Source: Vicugna vicugna
Taxonomy: Eukaryota
NCBI GenBank assembly: GCA_013265495.1
Contig: MU057640.1
Span: 1,311,303-1,375,302 of the forward strand
DNA: 64,000 bases
Direction of reading: 5' to 3'
The notes beneath the pieces were generated by a model. That model searched no databases and was not told the DNA's origin. It was given only the letters and a program-made list of their open reading frames with translations. The stretch's first letter is position 1; the number at the start of each line of letters is the position of its first letter. Below, in pieces: positions 49,613 through 62,630 of this stretch. A program made the position numbers and the translations under genes.

Positions 49613-52182
49613 AAATCAAACCCCCCCCCAAAAAAAGAATATGCTTTTCGGTCTCCTTGGCTTTCCTATCTTTTCATTAAATAAATTATGATCCTTTAAA
49701 AAAAAAAACTGGTCAGAGTATATTAAAATTGGAACTATCTTCATCTCTCGTATGCTCACCACAAAGCATTTTTTTGAGTGGTTTAAGATCTGAAAGTGAA
49801 AACAGCCATTATCAAAAAAACAAACAAAAAACAAACAAAACTCCCTAAGTTTCCAAACTTCATGGAAAATACATCTATATTCAGAGAGCAATACTTTAGA
49901 ACAATTAATAGACTTTTTAATTGTAGAGAGCTTTCAGCGTATATGGCTTCTCTTAATGACATCCGAATATAACAACCCTATGTAATTACCGACCTACATT
50001 AATGCAGTTCTCATGGCAAGGGGAGGGGCGGGGCAGAAAAAACCTGCACAATCATCAGCCGGGAGACTGGAGGACAGAGGGAGTAGGAACACAGCCCAGG
50101 CAGAGATACACAGTGGAACTTAATCACTGTAATTTAGATTTTGTCACTAAGTCCCAGGTACAAGCTCTTTTATGCGCTGTCAAGAGATCTCCACATTAAT
50201 TGCTGTTCCTGTCTTCTGAGGACACACACACTCTAATTTGCAGTGATTTTAGTTTCTCTAGCAATGTGCATTTGGTGGCTAAGTCCTCCTCTTCTCCAGA
50301 AGAGGAAGTTGCTAAAGCTCTGATTATCCAGCTCACTCTGCCAAGATCAACAGCCTGAAGTCACAAAGCATCCCCGTTTACCAGAGTCGCGAACGAATGT
50401 GACTCAACCTATCAGTGGGTGGGAAGACCTGCCACCCTCCCTGAAAGGCCACTTGCTTCTCTAGAATCTTTGATTTTCAACAGAAGAGTTATTTCTAGAC
50501 GATGATTTAAATGATTTCTGCATGGTCAGTTGGAAGGAGAAAATGTGGATAATCCTTTAAGGCCTTCAGGCAGGCTCAGTCAGCACATTCAGCTAACAAA
50601 AGCCCAGGTGCCGACTTTCCGGGAAGAGGGGGCGGGCACTGTAGATCCCTGGGATTTGGCATATCTGTTAGATGGCACAGCCTATGTTTTGTGCTTTGGC
50701 TTCAGAAGCCCAGCCCTTTTTGACTTTACCCTGTGGGGATGCCATTCTAGACAAGATGTTTATGGCTGACTTTCTTCCGCCGTCAAATTAGACCAGAGAT
50801 CCATTCCCAGATAGAATATCATTTCAAAAAAAGACACCCTCCTTTCAAAATGAAGAACTGAAAACCAAAGATCTGGGAGTCAGGGGAGACCTAAAAACCC
50901 CAGAGGAACTATTCAGAACTGAACTCTCTTCTGAGTCAACGCACAGGCTGTACTTAAGGGGATGGTGGGCGTGCCAGAGACAGCAAGCCAGTGGCACAAC
51001 TTGGTGGCAGGCGCCCCCACATCTGTGTTATCATTATGGGATCTGACGCCAGGTCTTCTAGTCTACTTTTCCAAACACTTCCTTAATCCACTTGAACCAT
51101 TTTGTTTTCTGGACTGTGGGAAGGTAACTGGATGCCTGGTACTCCAGAATCCAGAGATGGCTTCTCCATTTGTCTTTCCACAGGGGCCACGCAGTTTCCA
51201 GACCTGCCACAATCACTTTATTACTGCAACAGGGTAGTGGTAAACAGATGATGCTCGGGAAAGGCTTCATCCCATCGGGCCAACATGAAAGCTTTTAAAG
51301 ATGGGAACTTGAGAATCTTATCGGGGACAATACAGACAAGCGGAGACGTGAATATTAAACTGATCGAGTTAAACCAGTCCCAGTCGAGTCAAGGATGTCC
51401 TCTCTCATTACGATGACCTGCGGTTTACGAACAGCTTATGTGCCTGGATTCCCACTTGAAAAGAGAAACTAAATGTGGCCGCGCTGCTGCTTTTCTTTAG
51501 GGTGTGACAGTAAAAGAGGCCTGGAAGACAGCAAGGTCGGATGCTGTCACACAAGCTGATGAATGACTGGCAACAATAAAAGGTAAAAGGAGAAACCATC
51601 GCAGAGACCAACAGGCCGCCAGAGAAAGGAAGGGAATGTTTCCTCCCTAAAAGTTATTAGGATCTTGTCATTCTTTGGACTGTAGGCTCGAATCCAAAAG
51701 AGGAAATGAAAATAGTATTTATTTTGCCTATCAGTGTGATCTCCAGGGATACAGGGGAGTGTGCACCTTTCTATTCTGAAAGGTAGATGGGCTGCGTCTA
51801 ATTTTAGCTTCACTTTCCTGTTGGACAACCCCCATCCTCAACACATCACTGTCAGGGACCAATTACTGAAAACAAATCATCCTGCAAACACTGGGGAAGT
51901 GATGTTCTCTGACAGAGAGCCAGTGTAAAGGATGCATCCAGCCTCATAAATGATTCCCTGTTAGTCTTGGAAAAGACCGCTTTCTTTTAAAAATATGGTC
52001 CAGATTTTCTTTGAATGTCTTCAAAACACTGTCCCATTCTCCACTCTCTATTCCTAGCTGGAAGCCAACATTACAAAATTCTTCTCTTATTCCGGTATGC
52101 AGTTAGGAACATTTTCATAAAATCAAATACAGCTACAAAGAACAAACTTGCAAACTTTTCTCAGTTTAAAATAATGCATTGA

Positions 52183-52306
52183 GGGGAGGGCATAGCTCAG
52201 TGGGCAGAGTGCATGCTTAGCAGGCAGGAGGTCCTGGGTTGGATCCCCAGTACCTGCATTAAAAAACAGTAATAATAAAGTAAAATAAAATTAAGTTAAA
52301 TAAATT
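52183..52306 (+). mobile_element. Vic-1-type SINE
   Basis: ggggagggcatagctcagtgg...ggtcctgggttggatccccagtacc + A-rich tail; TSD aaataatgcatt / aaataatacatt (52169-52180, 52307-52318). Confidence 0.9.
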
Positions 52307-52501
52307 AAATAATACATTAGGATTGAAGGCATAAAGTATGTTGGAGGCAAATAAAAGGCAGTGAATATACAAACATAACTGTCGTGGCATGAAACCACCC
52401 CCCCCTTTCTTAATACACTCCCGAGCAAAGGGAAGCGGGGGGAGGCCGGGAACTGGACGGAAGTGGCCCCGAGTGGGAGGAGCGGCAGGAAGGGCGGGTA
52501 C

Positions 52502-52944
52502 CTTGCGTGGGAAGCAGCGTCGTTGATGCTGAAGGCGCTGTTCTCCCTTGTCAGAGGGCTCGCGCCGGCCTGGCTCTTGGTGTGGATGTCCAGGCTCAGG
52601 GAGGACTCGGCTTTCCGGTCCATGCCGTGGCTCTCTGCCTCTAAGGTCCGATCTGCCATGGAGATGACTTCGCTGGAACTGTGCCACAGGGGCGCCACCT
52701 TCTCCTTGCCCGGCCCTGAGCGCGGCGACGACGTGGCCGCCCCCAGGGAGGCTGTGCTGCCGTGGCTGGGGCCGTAGGAGGTGGTGTCGATGCCGCTGTC
52801 CGCGGAGGTGCCCTGCAGATAGTTGTAGCTGTTGAGCTCGGACTCGGCGCGGTCCCCGTCACACCACTTCTCGTCGCTGTGGGCGCTCGACGCGTTGCTG
52901 GACAGGGTGTTGCTGCTGGAGTGGCTGGAGTAGTGGCTGTCCGA
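52502..52944 (-). CDS. SIPA1L1: SIPA1L1 coding exon E (443 nt, phase 0-2): [16 protein letters not shown]...DSGIDT...SINDAASHA; CpG-rich
   Basis: Core of ORF 52291..53040; acceptor cttcccttgcag|T, donor AAG|gtaccc. Confidence 0.95.
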
Positions 52945-53419
52945 CTGCAAGGGAAGCAGGATTTCCTTAAGGTCAGGCTTTGCTTCTGGAACGACCCTGG
53001 GACATGTGTCTATAGTTACGGGGTTTGCAAGGCACAACAATTCCTATTCCTTTGACAAAACAAAGGAAGGCAGGAGGTACCTGGAAAAACCTATTCAGAA
53101 GACTCCATGGCAGAGAGCGCTGGAGACATTTTTTTTAAAAAATTCACTTTTTATTACTTGGCTTATGCTAAAGTATCAAGAGTACTGAGTTCATTTTAAT
53201 AAGAAAAATAACTTCAACTGTCATTAGAGTCCTTAATATCTTCATCTTAAAATAGCAAGTGATAAATCCAAACGGCTTATAGTTAGAAAAACCCTACTGA
53301 TCAGAGTAAAAAGAAGGCAGAATATAAAACGTTTTCCTAGAGACATCTCTTCTTTTGCCAATTAGGATCTATTTAGGAGACAGCTTTCTAAGGAGTGCTT
53401 AGAGGTAAAATTTATCCAG

Positions 53420-54475
53420 AGGTACCAAGACAATGCAGCGGGGGAAGACAGGCTTTCTAACAGATGGTATCAGGACAACTGGATATCCACATGCAAAAAA
53501 GAATTAAGGTGGATCTTTACCACATAGAAAAATAAACTCACAAAGGTTGAAGACTTAAGTGTCAGAGCTAAAACTGCAGAACTCTTAGAAGAAAACACAG
53601 GTCTTCATCTTCATGACCTTGGATTATGCAATGGTTTCTTAGATACGACACCAAAAGCACACACACACAAAAAAAGATAAATTGGGCTTCATCAAAATTA
53701 AAAACTTCTGTGCTTGAAATAACCCAATTAAGAAATGGCCAAGGGATCTGAACAGTCATTTATCCAAAGAAGATATAAAAATGGCCAACAAGCACATGAA
53801 AAGATGCTCATTCGTCATAAGAGAAATGCAAATCAAAACCACAATGAGATAACAGTTTACACACACTGGGATGGCTGTAATAAAAAAGGCAGACAGACAA
53901 TAAGGATGGCATCGTTGGCAGACATGTAAGATGGGGCAGTCACTGTGGGAGAACAGCTGCAGTTCCACTCAAGAGAAATGAAAACCTACTGCCACAAGAA
54001 TTTCATAGCAGCATTACTCACAATGGCCAGAAAGCAGAAACAACCCACATGTCCATCAACTGATTAACGGATAAGAAAATGTATATCCACAGATTGGCAT
54101 CTTCTTCAGTCATAAAAAGAAATGAAGTACTGACTCATGCTACAACATGGATGAACCTTGAAAACATGACGCTAAGTGAAAGAAGCCAAGCACAAAAGAC
54201 ATCGTGTGTAATTCCATTCATACGGAATGTGGAGTTGGCACCACAGAGACAGAAGGTAGACTCCCGGTTGTGGGGGCTTGGAAGGGATGAAAGACTTGGG
54301 GTGACTCCCTAAGGATACAGGGCTTTTCAGGGTGATGAGAATGTTCTGGAGTTAGATAGTGGTGCTGGCTGCATACCTCTGTGAATACACTAACCACCAC
54401 TAAAGTGTACATTTCAGACATGTGAATATTATATGTGAATATATGGTGTGTGAATCCTAACTCAATTTAAAAAAA
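53420..54475 (+). mobile_element. L1MB-type 3' fragment
   Basis: caactggatatccacatgcaaaa...catggatgaaccttgaaaacatgacgctaagtgaaagaagcc...gtgatgagaatgttctggagttagatagtggtg. Confidence 0.85.
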
Positions 54476-54889
54476 TGTGTCAGAACCTTTGCTGCAAAGT
54501 GGCTTAGTTGCTCAGAAAGAACATTTGATAGCTTACCAAAGAAACAGGATTTCAAAAGACACCTGAGTAAAATGATATTTAAATTGGTGGGAGGCTGGAA
54601 GTCCAGATTACTTGGTGGAGATGGAAAGAAAAGAGGAGGAGACTTGTGAGTGGGGCTCGTGGCTGAGGAAGGAGCATGCTCTTTGTTAGCTGCGGGGGTG
54701 GGGGGTGCGGAGTAGGGGGACAGGCCTGCCTCACCTCAAAGTGAAAGATCTCTTCCCCTGGAAAAGGGATTAATCCCAGTTACTTTCCTGTGCAACTCCA
54801 GTTTTTCTTAGCAACAACGTTTGCATTACAACACCATCATTTATTTCTACCCTTTGTAATATCCGGACCTGGGCTGTAGAATTTGCTGG

Positions 54890-55165
54890 CCCCAGGCCAC
54901 GTGTAGCCACTTTCCACGTGTCTAGAAAATACCCAGCACTTTCCACGTGGCTAGTCTGCACTCAGATGTGTCGAGAGTTTAAAGTACATGGCAGATTTAT
55001 ATGCAGAGACAACCTGAACTCCATCTGTAATTTTAAGTGTTCTAGCCAAATTTGAAAAAGTAAGAAGAAACAGGTGAGGTTAACTTCAAGAATGTATTTG
55101 ATCTAACCCAAGCTATCCAAAATGTTACTTGACCAGGTAATCAATATAAAAACTATTAATGAAAA
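54890..55165. mobile_element. MER3/MER33-like hAT-Charlie relics
   Basis: gtggctagtctgcactcagatgtg; aaaagtaagaagaaacaggtgaggttaacttcaagaatgtatttgatctaacccaa..tatccaaaat. Confidence 0.55.
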
Positions 55166-55974
55166 AGGGGTAGCTGACACATGGACTAGGGAAGTAATCC
55201 AGCATTTACAAATGCAACTGGGAAGGCATCACATTTCCCCTACAGCCTGGTGCAGGGTGCCAGCTCGTAAACATGTGTGCTCTTTTTTTTTTTAAGCTTC
55301 AGTATTCACTTCATGAAAGCAAAACTTACATGAGCCCTCTCATTAAAGTTCTCTGAGTATCCTATAAATTAGGGAATAGGAAATATAATCGTTCCTCATC
55401 CGACAGAATGACACAGACACAAACACACATTCCAGTGAATAGACAAATAAGGGAAATCAACTGCATTTAAAGAGGGAGGAAATGATAGCTTCTTATTCCC
55501 AATTCCACCCGTAAGTGGTAAGCTGTGTCTGACTATGGTAACAGGATGAAAACGTGCGTAGCCCTGGAGATCAGAGCAGCAGCAGGGGGAGCTGTCGGGA
55601 AGCTGTCCCTTTGACTGATGCTCCAACCACACACATCTCACGCTTGCAACTGTGTAAGCAGATAAAACCTATGTCTAGCACCTTTCTATTCCTCCCATGA
55701 GGACTGTTTGTGATTGGGTTACATGGCCTTCCACCCAAATCGGTGGGGGTAGCAGGTGCATATCAGTGAAGAATTTCAGTTTATCTCAAAGTAAGCTGAA
55801 GGCCACTGGCGGTAGAAATTCCAGGGCCCTGGCAGCCCAGGCCCACCTTCTACCAGGAGGACTTCCTCTCTGACATCATGGAAGAAGGAGAGAACAGACC
55901 GGTACCATTTTCACCTTGCAAGGAAGGTACGTTGCTAGGAATCCATCCTTTTCATTATCTTACAGTTAACTTAC

Positions 55975-56093
55975 ATGCCCTTGTTTGTTCGGAGACAAAT
56001 GAACCACCGGGTCCTGACGCATCAGTCTCCCGCTGGGGCTCTCTCGGAAGGCTGGCAGTACCTTTGATACTGCTGGGAGGTGGCACGTTGGCT
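55975..56093 (-). CDS. SIPA1L1: SIPA1L1 coding exon D (119 nt, phase 1-0): [40 protein letters not shown]
   Basis: Acceptor gctgtattccag|A, donor CAT|gtaagt. Confidence 0.95.
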
Positions 56094-56512
56094 CTGGAAT
56101 ACAGCACAGGACATTATGGTGCAGGTACTAAACAGATACCAGCGCACGCTGACAAATGAAGACGGCTTGCCACTGCATCTCTCGGGTCACTGGCCAGCAA
56201 ACTCTGCATTTCAGCAAGAAGCTTGTTGAGAGTTTACACAATAGACAGCATGTCAAAAACTAAGTGGCTGATGGATAAAGCTTGCAGCTGGTGACAGTGT
56301 GTCACACCATACACATTAGCATAGCCAAGTACCACCAAACCAAAGGCCATGAACAATGCGGCAAAGTTAGGCATCAATTTTTGGTTTGGGGGGGCGGGGG
56401 AAGTCTAGAAAATATGGATTAAATTTATGAAATTCATTCATTGCCAAGTGTGGCTAACCTCGCTTGGTCTACATCACCTAGACAGGCATGGATGCAATCA
56501 CGTGTTACTTAC

Positions 56513-56536
56513 CATGACACTTTGGAAATATTTTAC
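56513..56536 (-). CDS. SIPA1L1: Candidate 24-nt extension of exon C via downstream donor; adds GKIFPKCH
   Basis: Consensus donor ATG|gtaagt 24 nt downstream of CAG|gtaaaa; in frame, no stop. Confidence 0.55.
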
Positions 56537-56599
56537 CTGTATATTCATGCTGCTCGAGGACAAAAGAATTGAAATCCTGAGGTCCTCTATAACTGTAAG
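56537..56599 (-). CDS. SIPA1L1: SIPA1L1 63-nt symmetric (phase 1-1) exon [22 protein letters not shown]; skippable in frame
   Basis: Acceptor ttttctgttgtgcttag|C, donor CAG|gtaaaa; peptide recalled from the long SIPA1L1 isoform. Confidence 0.92.
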
Positions 56600-57576
56600 C
56601 TAAGCACAACAGAAAAGACACACAGCAACTAGTTTACTTAAAACAATTGCTTCCTTTTGGACTCCACTGGCGTTCAAGATGGGGTTCCAAAGGTACAAGG
56701 TAAGTGATTGGGCCTCTCTGGCGCACCTAAGAGCTAACGGCAACAATTCTGCATTTCTGCGACACCATTCCTAACGCGTACGGGACTGGGCAGCAAACTC
56801 TTTGCGTCTCACTCTCAATCATGTCCAAAAGCGGAGAGGCAGAAAAACACACTCCACTGAGAGTGAGCCAATTAAACAAGCTAAGCTCTGCGTCCCCACT
56901 GGGCATCAGTCTATCACACACTGATGAACACCGACAGGTGGGTCTGGCTAACGGATAAGAATCTGCACAACATTTTCAATCGGTGACCTGAAGGGCATTC
57001 AACAACTGTGTTCTTACGAATTGAGCATTGGGAGGTCAGCCCTTTATACACTCAGTATAGTGTCCTAAGGAGTGAGAACACAGTAATTGTACTTCTTGGT
57101 TCCTCCCCAGCGTGGCTTATACCCGTGAAGCCCCCGATTCCTTCTGGAAAAAGTGGGGTTATTTTTCTGGAATGCTGGAAAACCAAAAATTACAAAAAAA
57201 TTATTTGAACATTTTATTTGGAGCCTTTGATTTTGGATGGAGAAAGGCTATCATTTGGTAAAAAGGGCTTCTCTGGCAGGCTCTAGGGCTATCATCTTTT
57301 TTTTTGTTTAAAGGTAGACCTTACTAAAAGAGTGAATGAATGTATTAAAAAGATTCACCCATATTAATTTCAGAGCCTGTCTATGAAAAGTGGGATGCCA
57401 TGCAACTAAAGTGGATGTGAGAGAAAAAAAGACTAGAGGAACGTTTACGTGAAGGAATGAATACAGGTCTAGAACGAACCTTGTAATTACCCTTTCCAGC
57501 CCCAAGATACTGCTTCACTCCCCATATAACTTCACGAGTGGGACGTGTGACAGTGAATGGTGTACAAAGGACTCAC

Positions 57577-57600
57577 TGGCAGCTTTGTTCAAAGCCTGCA
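57577..57600 (-). CDS. SIPA1L1: Candidate 24-nt microexon (VQALNKAA), phase 1-1
   Basis: Acceptor gctttttttggctcctag|, donor CCA|gtgagt; open in frame. Confidence 0.3.
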
Positions 57601-58320
57601 CTAGGAGCCAAAAAAAGCTGCTAAAGTCATGCTGAAGAAGGGACCCTTTTCACATGTGTCGTTACCATCTCAACAGTATCAAAACATATGGGATTAAATA
57701 CATTCTGTCAAGAGCGGAACCGTGGATCAGAATATGCTCAGGTTTTCTGTGGGGGGTTGGGGGGGACGAGAGTGGGGAGTGACAGATGGCTTCAATAACA
57801 AGGCACGTCTCACTGAAGTGATGGAACAAAGCTTATCCTCAGAACCTGAGAATTACGTTTCTCTTCCTCAACTCCTGGCTTAGCTGAAAGCATCTCCATT
57901 CCCTTCTATGTTTGTGGGTTTTTGGCTGACTGCCCCCATCCCCCTTGAGCAGCTTGGAGCTCCGGCTTGGCCCCAGCCTCTGCACCGAGGAACCCCTCTC
58001 CCCAGGCATGGAACCAGGGGCACAGACATTAAAACAGAATGAAACGACCTATTTGCAGAGGAGATTAAACTATGGGGGTCTTTGCCTTAAAAGTTATCTT
58101 TTTTTTCAGCCCTGGAAATTTTACTTCTTTTTATCCAACTTTGATGGGAAAGCTATTAGAGGTAAGATCAAGGGAAAAAACCCCAACAGTTCTGATCAAG
58201 TCCCTGATGTACCAATTGTGTGGATACTAAATCCCTGGTGCTACTGTGTTGACACTTAATCTTGTCTCATGGTAAAATTTTATTGTATCATCTAGTGTTT
58301 GGGTGTCATTGTAGAACTGC

Positions 58321-58352
58321 AGAGAGAGAGAGAGAGAGAGCGAGCGAGAGAG
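58321..58352. repeat. (AG)n microsatellite
   Basis: (AG)10 followed by cgagcgagagag. Confidence 0.9.
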
Positions 58353-58936
58353 GGCGGGCCGGCTGTGCACCAGAAACCTAAATGAAGGCTCACTCTTGCA
58401 GATCTTCCCATCCAGCAGTTTCAGACTGCTAAGATACCTCCTTAGCTGACAGTTTAATAGTGAGGGGAGGGATGGTATAAAGGGAGGAGAAAGACGCTAA
58501 CTAAGCCACAGATGTGACGAAACACCTGAATCTCTTTCCCACTTTGTACATAGTTAAAAAAAATGTTAAACTCAATATTAAGAACACCAACTCATCTCCC
58601 AGGGCACTCATGCCTGGCAAAAACAAACAAACAAACAAAAACAAACCAGGGGGGAGGGAGGGAGGTACTCAGGTCCCAGGTGGCTTGATACTCTGGCACT
58701 TTAATCTGGGGGCTGAAAATAATTCCCGTGTGCTTCCTGTTTTTTAAGTCGGGGTCACTGAGGCTTCCTTGACTTTTCTCTCAGGTACTAACTGGCTTTC
58801 ATTCACACGTATGCTACTGACTGAATCTTCAGTCACACTTACGAACCAGGGCTGTATAATAGAACAGAAGGCTTTGATGACATCACCTTGGTATAAAAGC
58901 AACTTGCGTGTTGTGTTGTAGGAATTAGTGACTTAC

Positions 58937-59061
58937 CCATCTGGTCGGCGATGCTATCCTCACTTCTCTGCCAGCTGGGTGTGGATTTCCCGCTGCCACC
59001 AATTTCTGACTGGGTGTTCTGCCTGTCGATGGAGGCTGGGGATCGGCGGCTGACTCCAAAC
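58937..59061 (-). CDS. SIPA1L1: SIPA1L1 coding exon B (125 nt, phase 2-1): [41 protein letters not shown]
   Basis: Acceptor atccccacag|G, donor TGG|gtaagt. Confidence 0.95.
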
Positions 59062-60344
59062 CTGTGGGGATTTCACCAAACAAAGGCAAAGACATTAGGA
59101 CCTCACCCATAGTGGAAGAGAAGGTCGTCCTGGGTGTAACGAACTCAACTCTAATGACAGGGACTCCCAGTTTTCCTTGCACAGCTGTACGTTTGTATTC
59201 ACCCTTGTGCATGTGTACGTGGGTGCCGGAACTGTGTTCGTTATGGTCAACATACCTCCCTCGGTTCAGATAAGTATGCATGCTAAGTAAACAAGGGCAG
59301 GGGCCATTAGCACTCAGCTAACCCAAGATACACAGAATAAGAAACCCAAATCTTCTGGCTCCTGTGGAGCTATGCTCAGATTTTCGTTCACAGCCCAAAG
59401 GAAAATATCACCATCCTAGCGTTCCATGTGTATCGTCCAACTGGCACATTCCAGGGGTTTTCTCTTAACTCAGTAATCTGCTAAATCACTAAGGCATTCA
59501 TTCTTGAAATAAGCATTTTCTGAGCACTTACTCTGAGGTCTGAAAGACAAAGACTGCTACCACTCACATTATACAGGGACCACTTTCAAAATGTGTAAAT
59601 TTCAATTTTTAAAAATTGAAATATAGTCAGTTTACAACATTGTGTTAATTTCTGATGTCCCCAAAGGTGATTTAAAACGTACACGTTTTTGAAGATACTA
59701 CTACTTGAAACGCCTTTGAGAGGGCAATTTGGAAAGAGGTAAACTGGTATATATAAAGGCAAATGTCTATTTCTGGAAAGATTAGTTATTTAAAGAGTCC
59801 ATTTATTTTTCCCTGTGTGGGATAATAATAATATAATATATGCTTAATTAAAGCATATGCCTTGATTAATAATATCAGCAAAGTAAATATTGACTGAGCC
59901 CACGGAAAAGGGCAGGAGTGTAAAATTCAGAGTCGTGGAAATTTAGAAATCTGGGTGTGGTTACTAATGAACTTATGCGTAATCTATACGAGAAAACACC
60001 AGCAGGGCCTGGATTGACAAGTGTCTTATATGCTATAAACTGATAAGTGCATAGGAAGGACCAAGGGGAGTACCGGACAGAGCAGGACAAGAGGAGGAGG
60101 AAGACCCAGGAAGACCGCAGTCAAGCTCAGCTTCCCCACCCAGATCCACTCATGTTTTATCTTTCTTTGTTTATAAAATGGCAACACTATTATATGGATC
60201 CAGGGAGAAAGTCCATATAAAAGCATTTGAAAAGTAGGGAAGGCTAGAAAATATTTTAGTAAAACTCCTATTCTAACATCTCCCTCGTTATTTTTTGCAC
60301 AAATGACAGTTGTCTACAAACTCAACTCAGAAACATCACTGAGT

Positions 60345-60482
60345 GGGGGAGGGTGTCGCTCAGCGACAGAGCTGCTGCTTGGCATGCATGAGGTCCTAGG
60401 TTCAGCCCCCAGTACTTCTGTTAAAATAAATAAATAAACAAATCTAATTACCTACCCCCACCACAAAGAAAGCAAAAAAAAA
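60345..60482 (+). mobile_element. Vic-1-type SINE
   Basis: gggggagggtgtcgctcag...gcatgcatgaggtcctaggttcagcccccagtac...aatctaattacc; perfect 14-bp TSD agaaacatcactga (60329-60342, 60483-60496). Confidence 0.92.
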
Positions 60483-62224
60483 AGAAACATCACTGACCAT
60501 GAACAAAGTTACCCCCATTAAAAACAAACAAAACCCTTGACTTATGAAAACTTTCAGCAAAAGTGCTCATTGGAAAAAAAAAACCAACTCACTAGTTAAC
60601 GATCTTTACCATTTCCTAAGTAACACCCTTGTTTAGTTTAGAACAGCGAATATCCTCAAACTGGCTCTATGATTCTGTTCTCTGTGTGCACTAAATTAAG
60701 ACTTTTTCAAAAAGGCACAGAGATAAAAGTAGAAGTGGACGCCAATCTTGCTTTTACTCTTTGGTAGCAGTGCAAACTAAAGACAAATTTTTAAACCTCC
60801 GAATTTAAAGCCAAATGCTTTTGTGGCTGTCTGCTTTTAAATAAATGACAAAGCTAGACTGTCTTTCAATTCTGCCTTGAAAACCATCTTCATCCAATGA
60901 ACTTTTAATTTCAGTTCTCACACAGCCCCCTCATTTACCGCGGGGCCAGGGGGCCAGGGCTGTGAAGACCCTATCCTTAAGAAGCCCAGAAAAAACCTGT
61001 TCTAATTTTACACTGTGCCTCTTTTTGAAAAGCTTAATTGTCCCTTTGTTTGGAGGAGCGCTTAATACTTCAAGAGTCACGGTTCAGATCTGAAGGAGTT
61101 TTTCAGTAATCATTTGGCTGATTCATGAGACACATTCAGTGACCAAGAACTTCTACCTCGTGAGCCAGTCCATTGCTCTCCGGAGCAGGCTGACAGCTTT
61201 GAAATACCTTCCTAATAATGGGCTGGAAATTTCATCTCTATTATAACTTTCATTTATTGATCTCAGGTGCCCTCACAAGCAAGTTTAATCCCTCGTCTAA
61301 GAACGCTGGAAGAAAGCCACCGTGGGCTCCTCGCCCCCGCAAGGCTCCCCGCCCGGTTGCACATCCTCAGGTATGTTTCTCACACCACCACCTCCAACGC
61401 CTCGTTAGCCCAGTCCGTCCCTCCCTCTAGACGTTCAAGATTCCTGAGAGCGTGTGGTCTCAGAACACATCTCCAAGGAAGGGAGAACAGACTATGTCTT
61501 TTCATCAGTGTTGCTTTTTAACTCTTTCACTCCCATCCTAAACTTGTGCAGATGCCTTTTCTCCCTCCACTCGAGTAGGGCAGGTCTTATTAACCAGCCT
61601 CTTAAACTGCATCTTTCAGCTGATTTGGATGGTCTCAACATCCTTACACACAACGCACACACGCGGACACTGAGCCCACCGAAGCATGGGGAGGGCAACA
61701 AAGGGGCAGACTACATTTATGGACAGCCAGTGTGTGTGGACCTATTATTACCTCATGCTCTGGAGCTTTTCCAAGTTTCATTAATGAGTCTGTAGCAGAC
61801 TCCATACATGCCTGCTTCACTGTCCACCTGCACCTACTTATTTTTACTGGACTAAGCGGCCGAGTAGATGTAATAGTTGTTCCCTTGGTAAGCATAAGTT
61901 TAGGATCAAACCTGGCCCATGAGCAATGCATGTGAATCAGACACAAGGTTCCTTGCATCACTGATACAGACAAAAATTGCTTGGAACCTGAAGGGAAACA
62001 CCGTATCATCATCATCTTATAAAGGCTCATCTGGGTAAAACTGATGGTATACAGCCAGGTAAGTAATCACCAGGTAACCTCCAAAGCAATCGGGGGGAAC
62101 CCTCAATACCACCTATGGCAGGTTTTTACCTGGCAGGCAGATTAAACATTCAGTTGAATAATTACCACCTCATTAAAAAGTGCAAGGTGAACACTGGAAT
62201 CATGTTTCTGACGTTAATACTCAC

Positions 62225-62272
62225 CAAAACTTATGTTTCAAATTACATTTTGGTATACGTTTAGAGTACATA
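62225..62272 (-). CDS. SIPA1L1: Candidate 48-nt cassette exon, adds MYSKRIPKCNLKHKFW
   Basis: Acceptor ctgtttactttcattttag|, donor TTG|gtgagt, upstream CTAAC branch motif; open in the phase-2 frame. Confidence 0.55.
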
Positions 62273-62630
62273 CTAAAATGAAAGTAAACAGTGATTTCTG
62301 TTGTTGCTGTTAGCGCATTTACACTTCATTGCTGTACTACCACTGAAGTTGCAGTGAATTCTTATTTTTGAAGTCAAACTGGACCATTTAAAATCTGCTA
62401 ATTAAAACAAGAAATAATTAGCTGGGCTTGCGGTGTGGTATAATAATAATACTTAACTCATAAAACCTTTTGCAGGGGCTCATAAATAGAGAGCTAAATT
62501 TTTTTTTCTAATTGTCACTGAAGTAATTAAAATAAGAAATGTGCATTTTAAATATGCCACCAAAGGAATCCTGGGGGAAGTGAGGGGGTTGGGGAGGGAA
62601 ATATATTTTATAATGGTTTTTACTACTTAC

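Noticed and set aside
51766..51774. 9-nt AG-AATAGAAAG-GT in-frame microexon
   Set aside because: The donor gtgcac is poor; likely chance.
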